This document shows, in pieces, positions 51,208 through 62,140 of a DNA stretch of 64,000 nt. The notes under the pieces were generated by a model. It had not been told where the DNA came from and ran no database searches. It was given only the letters and a program-made list of their open reading frames with translations. This stretch comes from an uncultured Acidobacteriaceae bacterium (lineage in GTDB: Bacteria > Acidobacteriota > Terriglobia > Acidiferrales > UBA7541), in NCBI GenBank assembly GCA_964407845.1, contig CAYOXF010000104.1, positions 250 through 64,249 of the forward strand, given 5' to 3'. The position numbers and the translations under genes are program-made. How positions within the stretch are numbered: the stretch's first letter is position 1; each line of letters begins with the position of its first letter.

Positions 51208-51756
51208 TTAGATGTCGAAACCAAGCTGCAGCTTGGCGGCTTCCGACATGCGGGCCGGTCCCCAGGGCGGATCGAATACGATTTCGACGTGAACTTCTTT
51301 CACGCCGGGAAGCTGGGCAAGTTTATTTTCCACGTCGGCTTTGAGAACGTTGCCCATTCCGCAGCCTGGCGCGGTCATCGACATTTTGATGTCGATGCGG
51401 CGGCCACCGCCTGCGAGCGGCTCGGTGACGCAGGAATAGATCAAGCCGAGATCCGCGATATTGACCGGAATTTCGGGATCGTACACCGTCTTCAGTTCAT
51501 CCCAGACCATCTGCTCGCTGAACTCGCGTTGTTCAGAAGCGGCAGACTGCACAGGAGCAGGCGGTTTGAGGCCCAGCGCGTCCGCGTTCCTCACATCGAT
51601 ACGGAATAGGCCATAGTCGCTGGCGACTGTGTAGCTGCTGCCGAGGAATTGCATCACACGCACCCCTGCGCCGGCCGGAAGCTTGGCTGGCGCGCCACTC
51701 GGGATCTCAATCGCGTCGCATTCCCGGCTGAGCGTGATATGTCCGCCTGTCGTCAT
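51208..51756 (-). CDS. sufT: SUF-associated Fe-S assembly protein SufT (DUF59/MIP18 family)
   Basis: DUF59 block VYDPEIPVNIADLGLIY...MTAPGCGMG. ATG 51756 is the likely start. Confidence 0.8.
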   Translation of the reverse strand: MTTGGHITLSRECDAIEIPSGAPAKLPAGAGVRVMQFLGSSYTVASDYGLFRIDVRNADALGLKPPAPVQSAASEQREFSEQMVWDELKTVYDPEIPVNIADLGLIYSCVTEPLAGGGRRIDIKMSMTAPGCGMGNVLKADVENKLAQLPGVKEVHVEIVFDPPWGPARMSEAAKLQLGFDI

Positions 51757-51772
51757 CGCCTTGATTTGCAAA

Positions 51773-52222
51773 CTACTCCGTGGTTGTTTCTTGCTTGCCT
51801 TCGAGCGCAGCCTGCAGCGTATGCCAGGCCAGCGTCGCACATTTCACCCGGGCCGGAAATTCCGAGACACCAGAAAAGACGGTTAGTTTTCCCAATTCCG
51901 CATCGCCGTTGGAGTGTCCCAGACCCGTGACAAGCTTGTGAAAGCTCTCAAAGAGTTTTTCCGCTTCGGCCACAGATTTGCCTTTCACGCTTTGGGTCAT
52001 CATCGATGCGGATGCTTTGGAAATGGCGCAGCCAGAGCCCTGAAAGCTGACGTCACGAATGGAGTCACCGTCCAGGGTCAGGTAGACGGTGAAGCGATCG
52101 CCGCACAGCGGATTGAAACCCTCGGCCTTGCGGTTCGAAGCAGGTGATTCGCGATAGTTCCGCGGGGCCTTGCTGTGTTCAAGGATCACGTCCTGATACA
52201 GATCGCGGAGGTCGGACATCAC
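51773..52222 (-). CDS. sufU: SUF system NifU/IscU-like scaffold/sulfur acceptor SufU
   Basis: [20 protein letters not shown] and ARVKCATL Cys motifs. Confidence 0.9.
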   Translation of the reverse strand: MMSDLRDLYQDVILEHSKAPRNYRESPASNRKAEGFNPLCGDRFTVYLTLDGDSIRDVSFQGSGCAISKASASMMTQSVKGKSVAEAEKLFESFHKLVTGLGHSNGDAELGKLTVFSGVSEFPARVKCATLAWHTLQAALEGKQETTTE

Positions 52223-53469
52223 GCGAACACCTCTCGCACCTTCTCGATTCCCCGCACCAGTCGATCCACTTCCTCTTTCGTGTTGTAGAGCGCGAAGGAA
52301 GCCCGCGCCGTGGCCTCGACTCCAAAGTGTTGCATCACGGGCTGCGAGCAGTGGTGGCCGGTGCGAATGGCGATCCCCTCCTGATCAAGGATTGTGCCAA
52401 TATCGTGCGGGTGAATGTTTTCGAGCGTGAACGAAAGCACGCTGGCCTTCTCTTTCGCCGTACCGATCACACGCAGGCCTGGAATCGCCGCAACGGCGCT
52501 CGTGGCGTAACCGAGGACGGCGCCTTCGTGCGCGCCGACGTTATCTATTCCGAGACTGCTTACGTAGCGGAGAGCTGCACCGAGGCCGATGACGCCCGCG
52601 ATATCCGGCGTGCCTGCTTCAAATTTGTAGGGCAGGCGGTTGTAAACGGTTTTTCCCAATGTCACGGACATGATCATGTCGCCACCGCCCTGATATGGCG
52701 GCATTTTATCGAGCAGCGCGCTCTTGCCGTACAGGACGCCGATTCCTGTGGGACCGTAGAGTTTATGTCCGGAGAAGGTGTAGAAATCGCAGCCGAGCGC
52801 CTGCACGTCGACTTGCAGATGTGGCACTGCCTGTGCCCCATCGACCAGCACGGGCACGTTCCAGCCGTGCGCCATTTCCACGATGCGGCGGATCGGATTG
52901 ATGGTGCCGAGTGCGTTGGAAACGTGCGTAATCGCGACCAGCCTCGTCTTGGAGTTGAGCATGCGCGAGAATCGGTCGAGGTCTAATTCGCCCGCATCAT
53001 TGATGGGCGCCGCACGCAGTGTGGCACCGCGCTCATCACAAAGAATCTGCCACGGAACGATGTTCGAGTGATGCTCCATTTCGGAGATCAGAATCTCGTC
53101 GCCGGCTTCGAGGTGAGGGCGCCCGTAGCTGTGGGCCACAAGATTAATCCCTTCTGTCGTCCCGCGAACGAAGATGATTTCCTTGGAATCTGCGGCATTC
53201 AGAAACTGTTGTGCAGTCTTGCGGACCGCCTCGTAGTCACTCGTTGCCCGCTCGGAAAGGTAGTGCACGCCGCGGTGAACATTCGAGTTGATTTCCTCAT
53301 AGTAGCGGGAAATCGTTTCAATCACCGTGCGGGGCTTCTGACTGGTAGCGGCGTTGTCTAGATAAACGAGCGGCTTGCCATGCACCTTTCGTTCGAGAAT
53401 GGGAAAATCGGCGCGAACCCGCGCGAGGTCGAATCCCGAGCTGGAAACGGTCTTGGCCCCCATACTCAT
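52219..53469 (-). CDS. sufS: Cysteine desulfurase SufS
   Basis: [10 protein letters not shown], the PLP-Lys block [13 protein letters not shown], and RTGHHCSQP (catalytic Cys). An ATGA overlap with the sufD stop supports ATG 53469. Confidence 0.95.
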   Translation of the reverse strand: MSMGAKTVSSSGFDLARVRADFPILERKVHGKPLVYLDNAATSQKPRTVIETISRYYEEINSNVHRGVHYLSERATSDYEAVRKTAQQFLNAADSKEIIFVRGTTEGINLVAHSYGRPHLEAGDEILISEMEHHSNIVPWQILCDERGATLRAAPINDAGELDLDRFSRMLNSKTRLVAITHVSNALGTINPIRRIVEMAHGWNVPVLVDGAQAVPHLQVDVQALGCDFYTFSGHKLYGPTGIGVLYGKSALLDKMPPYQGGGDMIMSVTLGKTVYNRLPYKFEAGTPDIAGVIGLGAALRYVSSLGIDNVGAHEGAVLGYATSAVAAIPGLRVIGTAKEKASVLSFTLENIHPHDIGTILDQEGIAIRTGHHCSQPVMQHFGVEATARASFALYNTKEEVDRLVRGIEKVREVFA

Positions 53470-54866
53470 GATGCTGGCTCCTGATGCCTCCAGGCACCAC
53501 TCTGGTAACCCAATTCGTGCTGTATGAGATTCTCTACGAAGCTGTGCGCCAGACCCGTCCTCATTCGATCGAGGCATTCACTGGCGAACGCAAAGAGCAA
53601 AAGGCGGCGTGCCGACGCTTCGTCAATGCCGCGCGAGCGCAAATAGAAAAGGGCGTTTTCTTCAATCTGGCCGATGGTGGCGCCGTGCGTGCACTTGACG
53701 TCGTCGGCGTAGATTTCAAGTTGCGGCTTCGTATCGATCTGAGCGGTATCGGAAAGCAGCAGGTTGCGGTTGGTCTGCTTGGCATCGGTCTTCTGAGCGT
53801 TTTTGTGAACGATGATCCTGCCGTGAAAGACGCCGTGAGCATGTCCGTCGAGGATTCCGTTGTAGAACTGGCGGCTACTCGAATGGGGGCTGGCATGCTC
53901 GACGAGCATGTAATTGTCCAAATGCTGGTGATGACGGCCCAGGAAGAGGCCGTTGATCAGGCACTCGCCACCCTCCCCTGCTAGCACCGGATGCACGTTG
54001 TTCCGAACCAGCGCGCCGCCGGCCAGCACAGAATGTGAGGCGACGTCGGCCGTTCGGCCCTGCTGAATGCGAAGCGTCGAAACATTGAAGGCTTGCTCAT
54101 CCTCGCGCTCGATCATGTAATGAGAGATCACACTGTGATCGCCGGCAATGAGCTCCGTGGCCGTATTGCACAGCACCCTTTCGCCGCGGCCGAGCGAAAT
54201 GTAGTCCTCGATGATGGTGATCTGGCTATCTTCGCCGGCGACGATCAAGTTGCGAGGGTGGCTCACGACCGGGGCCTCGTGAGCGGTCGAGATAAACAGC
54301 AGATGAATCGGCGCTTCGACGACCGCTCCCTTCGGCACGTCTACGTAGGCACCGTCTTCTAAAAACGCTGTGTTCAAAGCCGAAAAGGGGTCCCGTTGGA
54401 TATCGAGATAGCGACCCAAGTAGGGCTCGACGGCCCCGGGATCTTTCGCTATTGCGGCGGCGAGGCTTCCGACTCGTACGCCCTTTGGCAAATTAGACGA
54501 GGAAGAAAGCGACGCGGCCCAACGGCCGTCGACGAAAACAAGCTCCGAAGCGGCTCCAGCGAGATGATAGGCGGACACCTCGGCTGGCGATGGCCAGTGG
54601 TGGCCATTGCGCAGGAGACGAAAGGGCGTTTGTGCGATTGTCGAAAGATTCGTAAACCGCCAATCCTCATCGCGCAGGGTAGGGAAACCGGTCTCACCGA
54701 AGCGCGCAAAGCCCTGCTGGCGGAGCTGGCGCAGCCAGGAAGGCTCACGGGCAGCGGATTTCTCAAGCCCGCTGAAGTGTTGGGCGTAATTTTGAAGAGC
54801 CTGTGCGGTCGTTGCCAACGTGATGTCCCTCACTGCCCGATTCAGGCTGGGCTCGCCCCGCGCCAA
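53466..54866 (-). CDS. sufD: Fe-S cluster assembly protein SufD
   Basis: SufB/D-family beta-helix C-terminus ([25 protein letters not shown]). The start is ATG 54866 (25-nt overlap with sufC) or GTG 54833. Confidence 0.9.
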   Translation of the reverse strand: MARGEPSLNRAVRDITLATTAQALQNYAQHFSGLEKSAAREPSWLRQLRQQGFARFGETGFPTLRDEDWRFTNLSTIAQTPFRLLRNGHHWPSPAEVSAYHLAGAASELVFVDGRWAASLSSSSNLPKGVRVGSLAAAIAKDPGAVEPYLGRYLDIQRDPFSALNTAFLEDGAYVDVPKGAVVEAPIHLLFISTAHEAPVVSHPRNLIVAGEDSQITIIEDYISLGRGERVLCNTATELIAGDHSVISHYMIEREDEQAFNVSTLRIQQGRTADVASHSVLAGGALVRNNVHPVLAGEGGECLINGLFLGRHHQHLDNYMLVEHASPHSSSRQFYNGILDGHAHGVFHGRIIVHKNAQKTDAKQTNRNLLLSDTAQIDTKPQLEIYADDVKCTHGATIGQIEENALFYLRSRGIDEASARRLLLFAFASECLDRMRTGLAHSFVENLIQHELGYQSGAWRHQEPAS

Positions 54867-55612
54867 GCGGACTCGACGGCGGCGTAACCTTGCTCCTCCA
54901 ACTGCAATGCCAGCTCCGGCCCGCCCGAGCGGACGATCCGGCCATCCACCAATACATGCACAAAGTCCGGAACGATATGGTTCAGCAGGCGCTGATAGTG
55001 CGTGACGACAAGAATCGCACGCTCGGGACTGCGCATCTGATTGACGCCGTGCGCCACGATCTTAAGTGCGTCGATGTCCAGGCCCGAGTCCGTTTCGTCG
55101 AGAATGGCAAGCCGTGGTTCGAGCACAGCCATCTGTAGAATCTCGTTGCGCTTTTTCTCGCCGCCTGAAAAGGCCTCGTTCACGGAGCGATTCACAAACT
55201 TTTCGTCCATGTCCAGCAGCTTCATCTTCTCGCGGAGCTTGGGAAGAAAATCCATCGCGTCCATTTCATCTTCTCCGCGGTATTTGCGGATGGCGTTGAC
55301 CGCAGAGCGCAAAAAGTAGGCGTTGCTAATCCCGGGAATCTCAACCGGATACTGAAACGCCAGAAATAGGCCCTCGCAGGCAGCCTCCTCGGCTTTCATT
55401 GCCAGCAGGTCTTTGCCGTTGAACAGGACTGTGCCGGCCGTGATTTCGTAAGTCTCACGGCGGGCCAGCACCTGTGCGAGAGTGCTCTTGCCGGAACCGT
55501 TGGGGCCCATGATGGAGTGGACCTCGCCGGCATTCAGTGCGAGAGTAACGCCCTTGAGAATCTCGTTGCCATCCACCCGGGCATGTAGATTTTTGATCTC
55601 GAGCAAGCTCAT
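54842..55612 (-). CDS. sufC: Fe-S cluster assembly ATPase SufC
   Basis: Walker A GPNGSGKST, signature FSGGEKKR and Walker B AILDETDSGLD. Confidence 0.97.
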   Translation of the reverse strand: MSLLEIKNLHARVDGNEILKGVTLALNAGEVHSIMGPNGSGKSTLAQVLARRETYEITAGTVLFNGKDLLAMKAEEAACEGLFLAFQYPVEIPGISNAYFLRSAVNAIRKYRGEDEMDAMDFLPKLREKMKLLDMDEKFVNRSVNEAFSGGEKKRNEILQMAVLEPRLAILDETDSGLDIDALKIVAHGVNQMRSPERAILVVTHYQRLLNHIVPDFVHVLVDGRIVRSGGPELALQLEEQGYAAVESAWRGASPA

Positions 55613-55687
55613 CCGTCTTTGCTGTCATCCTTTCTTTTGAGCATCTAGCGCATTTCTTGGATCGCCCCGAGGCGATTCGAGATGGGC

Positions 55688-57145
55688 TTATCCGACACTT
55701 CCTTCGAGGCTGACGCTCAGCAGCTTTTGCGCCTCGACAGCGAACTCCATCGGTAGCTCCCGGAAGACTCGTTTGCAGAAGCCGTTTACGATCATCGAAA
55801 CGGCATCTTCGGCCTTCAGCCCCCGCTGCCGCAGATAGAAAAGCTGATCCTCGCCGATTTTGGACGTGGAAGCCTCATGCTCCATGCGCGCCGTCGCATT
55901 CTTCACTTCGATATAGGGGAAGGTATGCGCGCCGCACTGGTCACCGATCAGAAGCGAATCGCATTGTGTGTAGTTTCGTGCGCCGGTGGCTCCTTTCATG
56001 ATCGCCACCTGCCCGCGATAGGTGTTCTGACCGTGGCCAGCAGAGATACCTTTCGACACGATCGTGCTGCGGGTGTTCTTGCCGATGTGAAGCATTTTGG
56101 TGCCCGTGTCGGCCTGCTGATAGTTATTGGTGAGCGCCACCGAGTAGAATTCACCCACGGCATTTTCACCTTGCAGAATGCAGCTTGGATACTTCCAGGT
56201 GATCGCGGAACCAGTCTCCACCTGCGTCCAGGAGATCTTCGAGTTCCTGCCGCGGCACGCGCCCCGCTTCGTGACGAAATTGTAGATTCCACCCTTACCG
56301 TTCTTGTCGCCAGGATACCAGTTTTGCACGGTCGAGTACTTGATCTGGGCATCGTCGAGTGCGATTAGCTCGACGACGGCCGCGTGGAGCTGATTTTCGT
56401 CGCGAATCGGAGCCGTGCAACCTTCCAGATAGCTGACGTACGCCCCTTGGTCCGCAATGATCAACGTGCGTTCGAATTGTCCGGTCTCCGCCGCGTTGAT
56501 GCGGAAGTAGGTTGAAAGTTCCATCGGGCAGCGTACGCCCTGGGGCACGTAGACGAATGATCCATCGCTAAAAACGGCTGAGTTGAGCGTCGCAAAGAAG
56601 TTATCGGTGTAGGGAACGACGCTGCCAAGATACTTTTTCACGAGATCGGGATGATTCTGAATCGCTTCGGAGAACGAACAGAAGATGACTCCTGCCTCGG
56701 CCAGCTTTTCCTTGAACGTTGTGGCAACCGAAACACTGTCGAAGACCGCGTCCACGGCGACACCTGCCAGCATTTTCTGCTCTGCGAGTGGGATGCCCAG
56801 CTTTTCGTAGGTCCTCAAAATCTCGGGATCCAGCTCGTCCAAGCTCTTTAGAACGGGCTTCTTTTTCGGTGCCGAGTAGTAGGAAATCCCCTGATAATCG
56901 ATCGGCGGGTAGTGAACATTGGCCCACTTCGGCTCGGCTTCGGATTTGTGAAGCGTTTCCCAGTGTCGGTACGCCCGGAGCCGCCATTCCAGCATGAACT
57001 CCGGCTCCTGCTTTTTACTGGAGATGAGACGAATGATGTCTTCGTTCAGACCTTTCGGAGCACGGTCTTCGTCGATGCTTGTGACGAAACCCCACTTGTA
57101 CTCCCGTTGGGCCAATTCTCGGATGGCGTCAGTATTTGAACTCAT
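55688..57145 (-). CDS. sufB: Fe-S cluster assembly protein SufB
   Basis: 485 aa with conserved SufB blocks ([42 protein letters not shown]). Confidence 0.97.
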   Translation of the reverse strand: MSSNTDAIRELAQREYKWGFVTSIDEDRAPKGLNEDIIRLISSKKQEPEFMLEWRLRAYRHWETLHKSEAEPKWANVHYPPIDYQGISYYSAPKKKPVLKSLDELDPEILRTYEKLGIPLAEQKMLAGVAVDAVFDSVSVATTFKEKLAEAGVIFCSFSEAIQNHPDLVKKYLGSVVPYTDNFFATLNSAVFSDGSFVYVPQGVRCPMELSTYFRINAAETGQFERTLIIADQGAYVSYLEGCTAPIRDENQLHAAVVELIALDDAQIKYSTVQNWYPGDKNGKGGIYNFVTKRGACRGRNSKISWTQVETGSAITWKYPSCILQGENAVGEFYSVALTNNYQQADTGTKMLHIGKNTRSTIVSKGISAGHGQNTYRGQVAIMKGATGARNYTQCDSLLIGDQCGAHTFPYIEVKNATARMEHEASTSKIGEDQLFYLRQRGLKAEDAVSMIVNGFCKRVFRELPMEFAVEAQKLLSVSLEGSVG

Positions 57146-57618
57146 TGAATCCTCTCGGAGGCGATGGTCGGCACAACTCGCCCTCGTGTGTCCCGGATGG
57201 GAGTGAGTTGCAAGGGATGCGCCAGATCAAAAAGCGTCACTTTTTCAAGCACGCCTCGGATGGCTTGATTGATGATCTGCTGATTGCTCTTGATCGGGCA
57301 GCCGGACTCCAAGTTGCACAACCCGCTCACCTCCGTACTGCATTCAGTGAGCGCCATGGGCCCCTCCATCGCGGCGATGATCTCCAAAACCGAGATTTCT
57401 TCCGGATGCCGCGCCAGAACATATCCGCCCCGGATCCCACGATGGGAGACCAATAGGCCTCTTTGCAACAGCTTCTTGAGAAGCTTGCTGACGGTGGAAA
57501 GAGGTAGACGAGATTCCTGGGCGAGGTCGCGCGCCGTCCGGAGCGGAGCACCCTGGTTTCGGGCGATACAGGTCATGAGGACCAGCCCGTAGTCCGTTAA
57601 TTTTCCTAGCCTTACCAT
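57142..57618 (-). CDS. Rrf2-family transcriptional regulator (IscR/SufR-like) heading the suf operon
   Basis: [15 protein letters not shown] wHTH N-terminus and three clustered Cys ([16 protein letters not shown]). It has an ATGA overlap with sufB. Confidence 0.85.
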   Translation of the reverse strand: MVRLGKLTDYGLVLMTCIARNQGAPLRTARDLAQESRLPLSTVSKLLKKLLQRGLLVSHRGIRGGYVLARHPEEISVLEIIAAMEGPMALTECSTEVSGLCNLESGCPIKSNQQIINQAIRGVLEKVTLFDLAHPLQLTPIRDTRGRVVPTIASERIQ

Positions 57619-57801
57619 CCTGAAGCCCCAGCTCCTCAATACAGGACCAATCCAGTACGGTTTTCATTCTATCAGCCTCGTAACGCTGATAGCAAGTCCC
57701 TTTCTGCTTCCGGCGTCGGAGCGACTTCAGAAGCGTCTGGTGTATAGTCTGGCTCCGAACAGAAGCGGTCGCTCAGTCGGCGAGCAAGGGGGTGGTCGAC
57801 G

Positions 57802-59868
57802 ATGAGGCTTCGGATCGGCGTGGGGCGGAGTTCGGGGGTGCTCGTTCTGATGCTCGTTGTGGCCATGCTCGTCCCGGCGCGTCTGCGCGCCGATGACAAG
57901 ACAACTTCTGGCGAATTTCTCATCGATCCACCGACACTTCTGTCACTCGGTTTCGAATGGCATATCTTGGGTGATGACAATCGCAATGCAAGGGTGGATG
58001 TGACGTACCGAAAAAAAGGAGAGCCGCAGTGGCGCCAAGCCCTGCCGCTATTGCGCCTGCAACACGAGTCGGTGCCCGGGGGCACACCGCGCGATGGCGC
58101 AGGCCATTATTTCAGCTACGTGGCGCCCAACATGTTCGCCGGCAGCATTTTGAATCTCGAGCCAGGAACGGCCTACGAATGTCATTTTGTTCTCTCCGAT
58201 CCGGATGGGGTAAAAGGCAAAGCGGAGAGAACGGTTGTGGTAACCACGCGAAAAGAGCCGCAGCCCGCCGAGGGTGGCCACATCTATCACGTCTACCCAT
58301 TCGGCTATAAGGGAACAAGGCAGGAGCCCGCGTTCACGGGTCTTTTAGCGGCCTATTACATGGGCGCGGATGAATCCGATCACTCGAATGCGTTTCCGCC
58401 GCGCGTTCAGCCCGGCGATACGATTCTGGTGCACGCGGGAATTTATCAAGACCACAGGTTCGTTTACGGTGGCTTCGATCGCACGGTGGCAGCCTACGGC
58501 ACTCCCTTCGATGGCACCTACTATCTGACGCAGAGTGGCCGACCCGATAAACCCATCGTCATCAAAGCCGCGGGCGACGGCGAGGTGATCTTCGATGGCG
58601 ACGGCTGCCAGAATCTCTTCAACCTTATGGCCGGAAACTACAACTACTTCGAGGGCATCACGGTCCGCAATACGAACGTGGCGTTTCTGCTAGGAATCAA
58701 GAACATCGCAGGATCGAGCGGCTTCACGTTGAAGAACTCGCGGATTGAGAATGTCGGCCGCGCCATCGAGGACGATTGGTCGGGCTCGAAGGATTTCTAC
58801 ATTGCCGACAACGTCTTCATCGGCCGTCATGATCCGAACAAATTGCAAAGTTGGTGGACGCCCGCCGTTTGGGCAAAGTTTCCGGGTTATCCGGCGCTGA
58901 TCACATCCGAGTATGCGATCAAAATCTATGGCCAAGGCCATGTCGTGGCTTACAACTACGTCGCCAATTGGCACGACGGCATCGACATTGCCACGTACGG
59001 CGATCCCGACGGCACGCCCGACGAACTCCGGGATCGTGTGCCGATCTCGATCGACTTCTACAACAATGATATTTACAACGTGGCCGACAACTGCATTGAG
59101 GCTGATGGCGGTGCGCACAACATCCGTGTGTTCCAGAATCGCTGCTTCAATTCGGCGGGTGGCGCTTTGAGCGCGCAGCCGACTTTTGGCGGGCCGCTCT
59201 ACTTCTATCGAAATCTCGTTTACGACACGACCACGGGCGGCCCCTTGAAATTGATTGATACGCCGGCGGGAGTACTTATTTATCAGAACACGCTTTTCGG
59301 CCAGGGACGCCTAATGGGGCCTGCCTCGAACGTCCACTTCTTGAACAATCTGATTTTGGGCGATGGCTGGGCGGACCCAGTTCTCAATCTGCGGACGTTC
59401 ACGAACTACTCGACCTCCGATTACAATGGGTTTCGCCCGAACCCAAACGTCGAGGACAGTTTTGAATGGAATTCACCCAAATTCGATGTCTCGTCGGATT
59501 ACGAGGGCCAGCTGGTGACACGCCATTTCAGCTCGCTCAAGGAATATAGCGAGGTCACGAAGCAGGAGCAGCATAGCGTTGTGGTCGACTACGATGTGTT
59601 CGTCAATGTGAAGATGCCGGATAAATCCGATCCGCAGCGCCTCTACAACCCTGAGGATTTCGATTTTCGGCTCAGGCCGGGCTCAGCCGCCGTGGATGCG
59701 GGGGTGCTCCTTCCGACCATCAATGACGATTTCACCGGTCGTGCACCGGATCTCGGCGCATACGAGGTTGACCAGCCTTTACCGCATTACGGCCCGCGAC
59801 GCGCACCCCCTGGCCCATCCGAAGCCTCCTCGCCGCGCTCGGTGACTGGACCACCTCCAATCCGGTAA
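57802..59868 (+). CDS. Secreted right-handed parallel beta-helix repeat protein
   Basis: Signal peptide, repeated N-x-(I/V/F)-x-x-N beta-helix turns (FYNNDIYNVADNCIEADGGAHNIRVFQNRCFN), and C-terminal DFRLRPGSAAVDAG. Confidence 0.65.
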   Translation: MRLRIGVGRSSGVLVLMLVVAMLVPARLRADDKTTSGEFLIDPPTLLSLGFEWHILGDDNRNARVDVTYRKKGEPQWRQALPLLRLQHESVPGGTPRDGAGHYFSYVAPNMFAGSILNLEPGTAYECHFVLSDPDGVKGKAERTVVVTTRKEPQPAEGGHIYHVYPFGYKGTRQEPAFTGLLAAYYMGADESDHSNAFPPRVQPGDTILVHAGIYQDHRFVYGGFDRTVAAYGTPFDGTYYLTQSGRPDKPIVIKAAGDGEVIFDGDGCQNLFNLMAGNYNYFEGITVRNTNVAFLLGIKNIAGSSGFTLKNSRIENVGRAIEDDWSGSKDFYIADNVFIGRHDPNKLQSWWTPAVWAKFPGYPALITSEYAIKIYGQGHVVAYNYVANWHDGIDIATYGDPDGTPDELRDRVPISIDFYNNDIYNVADNCIEADGGAHNIRVFQNRCFNSAGGALSAQPTFGGPLYFYRNLVYDTTTGGPLKLIDTPAGVLIYQNTLFGQGRLMGPASNVHFLNNLILGDGWADPVLNLRTFTNYSTSDYNGFRPNPNVEDSFEWNSPKFDVSSDYEGQLVTRHFSSLKEYSEVTKQEQHSVVVDYDVFVNVKMPDKSDPQRLYNPEDFDFRLRPGSAAVDAGVLLPTINDDFTGRAPDLGAYEVDQPLPHYGPRRAPPGPSEASSPRSVTGPPPIR

Positions 59869-59881
59869 GGGAAGTCGGCGC

Positions 59882-60088
59882 TTACTTTGCCAACAACACG
59901 TTCACGGCTTTGACGATCACCTCGACTTGATCGCCCTTCTTGATTCCGAGCTCTTCAAGCGATTCGAGCGTCATCACAGAGGACATGCGCGACGGCTGCG
60001 AAATGTTGACCTTCACCAGGCACATCAAACTGCCCTTTTTGATCTCCACTACTTCGCCCAAGATGCGATTCCGCGCTCCTATTTTCAT
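59882..60088 (-). CDS. mop: Molbindin (single TOBE/Mop domain molybdate-binding protein)
   Basis: 68 aa: IGARNRILGEVVEIKKGSLMCLVKV...GDQVEVIVKAVNVLLAK. Confidence 0.85.
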   Translation of the reverse strand: MKIGARNRILGEVVEIKKGSLMCLVKVNISQPSRMSSVMTLESLEELGIKKGDQVEVIVKAVNVLLAK

Positions 60089-60244
60089 CTTTGCTCTCCA
60101 TGATTTGCCGGACTGTCGCCCGGTCCTAAGAAATTACTCCTTTTTCATCCGGTGACAACGCGGCCAGGGATTGCGACGTCAGACTACGAAAAACCGTCTT
60201 GGCCATCGGGAGACCCCCAAATGCGCAACGAACGGGAATGCGCA

Positions 60245-60844
60245 TTAGAGATCGCGGCGACCTTCCATGGCCTTCAGCATAGTGACTTCGTCGGCATACT
60301 CCAGATCGGAGCCGACCGGGATGCCCATGGCAATGCGCGTGACCCGAACGCCGAGAGGCTTGATGAGTTTCGAGAGATAGACCGAGGTGGCCTCGCCTTC
60401 TGCTGTGGGATTGGTAGCGACGATAATTTCTTCGACAGTGCCACTCTTCAGGCGCTCGATCAGACTCTTGATTTTCAGCTGATCGGGCCCGATGCCTTGT
60501 AGCGGAGAGAGGGCGCCGCCAAGCACGTGATAGACGCCGCTGAACTGTCGCGTTTTCTCGATGGCCTGGATATTCGTCGCGTCTTCGACGACACAGATGA
60601 TGTTTCTGTTGCGCGTTGCGCTCGAGCAGAAAATGCACGGATCGCTGTCGGTGATGTTGTTGCAGATGGAGCATTCCCGAACCCGATCCTTGGCCTCGCG
60701 GATCGCGTCGGACAGCGCCAGCGCTTGCGCGCGGTCCACTCGCAGCAAGTAGAACGCAAGGCGCTGGGCCGTTTTCTGTCCGATACCGGGCAGGTGCTTC
60801 AATTCGTCGATCAATCGTGTGACCGAGGGTGAAAAATCAGGCAT
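60245..60844 (-). CDS. recR: Recombination protein RecR
   Basis: [14 protein letters not shown] HhH, Zn finger [16 protein letters not shown], and Toprim ([10 protein letters not shown]). The start is ATG 60844. Confidence 0.95.
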   Translation of the reverse strand: MPDFSPSVTRLIDELKHLPGIGQKTAQRLAFYLLRVDRAQALALSDAIREAKDRVRECSICNNITDSDPCIFCSSATRNRNIICVVEDATNIQAIEKTRQFSGVYHVLGGALSPLQGIGPDQLKIKSLIERLKSGTVEEIIVATNPTAEGEATSVYLSKLIKPLGVRVTRIAMGIPVGSDLEYADEVTMLKAMEGRRDL

Positions 60845-61039
60845 GAATTTCTCAGAGGAGATTATTGCAGAGTCCTGTCCGTTTTGGCCACCGATGAAAC
60901 GCAACTCCTCTTAGCGCCGTCTAGAGTGGGAGACTTCGATTGCCTGCCCGGTGCGCGAGCGTTACAATCGGCGCTTCGTGGGATCAACAAGGGAACCGAC
61001 TCTGGAGCTCTTCCACAGCGGAAAGGGAGGAAAGACGGA

Positions 61040-61687
61040 ATGCAAATGAGAAGGGTGCGACCACTCTCAGTGTTATCGATTCTGCTAGCCGCAGTTATGA
61101 GTCCTGCTTTCGCGCAGCAAGGCCCCCCGCCGGGAGGGGGACGCCCGGGAGGAGGTGGGCCAATGATGGGACCGCCCCTGCAGCTGTCTAGCTCAGCATT
61201 CGGCGATGGGACGATGATTCCCGACAAATACACCTGCGCGCCAGGCGGAGCCATGACCCAACCAGCGAACATGACTTCGCCACCTCTGGCGTGGGTCAAC
61301 GCGCCGGCGGGTACGCAGAGTTTCGTTCTGCTCTTGCATGATCCTGATGCGCACGCAAGAAAAGCCTTTAACGACATCACCCACTGGATGATCTTCAATA
61401 TTCCCGGAGACGCTACGTCGCTGCCCGAAGGTGTCAAGGCGGACTCGACCGTGGGCGTGCAAGCGGCCAACATCACGGGCCAGCCCATGTTCTTCGGTCC
61501 CTGCGCACCCCCGGGCCCTTCGCACCATTACACATTCGAGCTCTTCGCGCTGGACACGAAGCTGGATCTACCGAAGGGCGCAAGCCGCGATGACGTGCAG
61601 AAGGCTATGGACGGCCATGTGCTGACGGGCACGGTGTTGATCGGACTGTTTCACCGCACCAGCATGGGACCGCCGCCACAACACTAA
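61040..61687 (+). CDS. YbhB/YbcL-family PEBP (Raf kinase inhibitor-like) protein, secreted
   Basis: ATG 61040 follows GGGAGGAAAG. It has a signal peptide, a Gly/Pro-rich linker, and PEBP blocks (LLLHDPDA, ITHWMIFNIP, GPSHHYTFELFALD). Confidence 0.85.
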   Translation: MQMRRVRPLSVLSILLAAVMSPAFAQQGPPPGGGRPGGGGPMMGPPLQLSSSAFGDGTMIPDKYTCAPGGAMTQPANMTSPPLAWVNAPAGTQSFVLLLHDPDAHARKAFNDITHWMIFNIPGDATSLPEGVKADSTVGVQAANITGQPMFFGPCAPPGPSHHYTFELFALDTKLDLPKGASRDDVQKAMDGHVLTGTVLIGLFHRTSMGPPPQH

Positions 61688-61703
61688 GGCCCCTGTTTTC
61701 AGG

Positions 61704-61735
61704 AAAAGGCGGAGCTGTGGCTCCGCCTTTTCTTT
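61704..61735. terminator. Bidirectional intrinsic terminator between the PEBP gene and ybaB
   Basis: AAAA-GGCGGAGC-TGTG-GCTCCGCC-TTTTCTTTCT: a perfect 8-bp stem flanked by A- and T-tracts. Confidence 0.65.
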
Positions 61736-61810
61736 CTGGGAATCGGAACTCAACGGAACGCCTCAGTTATAAGGGGTTGGGGAAATCGGCGGGTGCATTT
61801 AAAGCTGTTT

Positions 61811-62137
61811 CTAGAATAGACCGGGGATTTTCATACCCATGATGCCGGACATGCCGCCGGTGAGGTCCTTCATCTGTCGCGACAGCTCTTCATCCACGCG
61901 ACGGTTGGCCTCGTTCACGGCCGCGAGCATCAACTCCTGCAGCATCTCTTGATCTTTGCTCTTGAAGATTTCCGGTTCGATGCGCAACTCGGTCAGCTGC
62001 TTCTGTCCGTTCATCTTCACTGTGATCATCCCGCCGCCGGCCGACGCCTCGACACTGATTTCGCCGATGCGCTTTTCAAGAGTCTCCTGCACTTGCCGGA
62101 ACTGCGCGAGCATTTGCTGCAGGGCTTTTACTTCCAT
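61811..62137 (-). CDS. ybaB: Nucleoid-associated protein YbaB/EbfC
   Basis: 108 aa. The block GGGMITVKMNGQKQLTELRIEPE is typical of the family. It lies between dnaX and recR. Confidence 0.95.
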   Translation of the reverse strand: MEVKALQQMLAQFRQVQETLEKRIGEISVEASAGGGMITVKMNGQKQLTELRIEPEIFKSKDQEMLQELMLAAVNEANRRVDEELSRQMKDLTGGMSGIMGMKIPGLF

Positions 62138-62140
62138 GCG

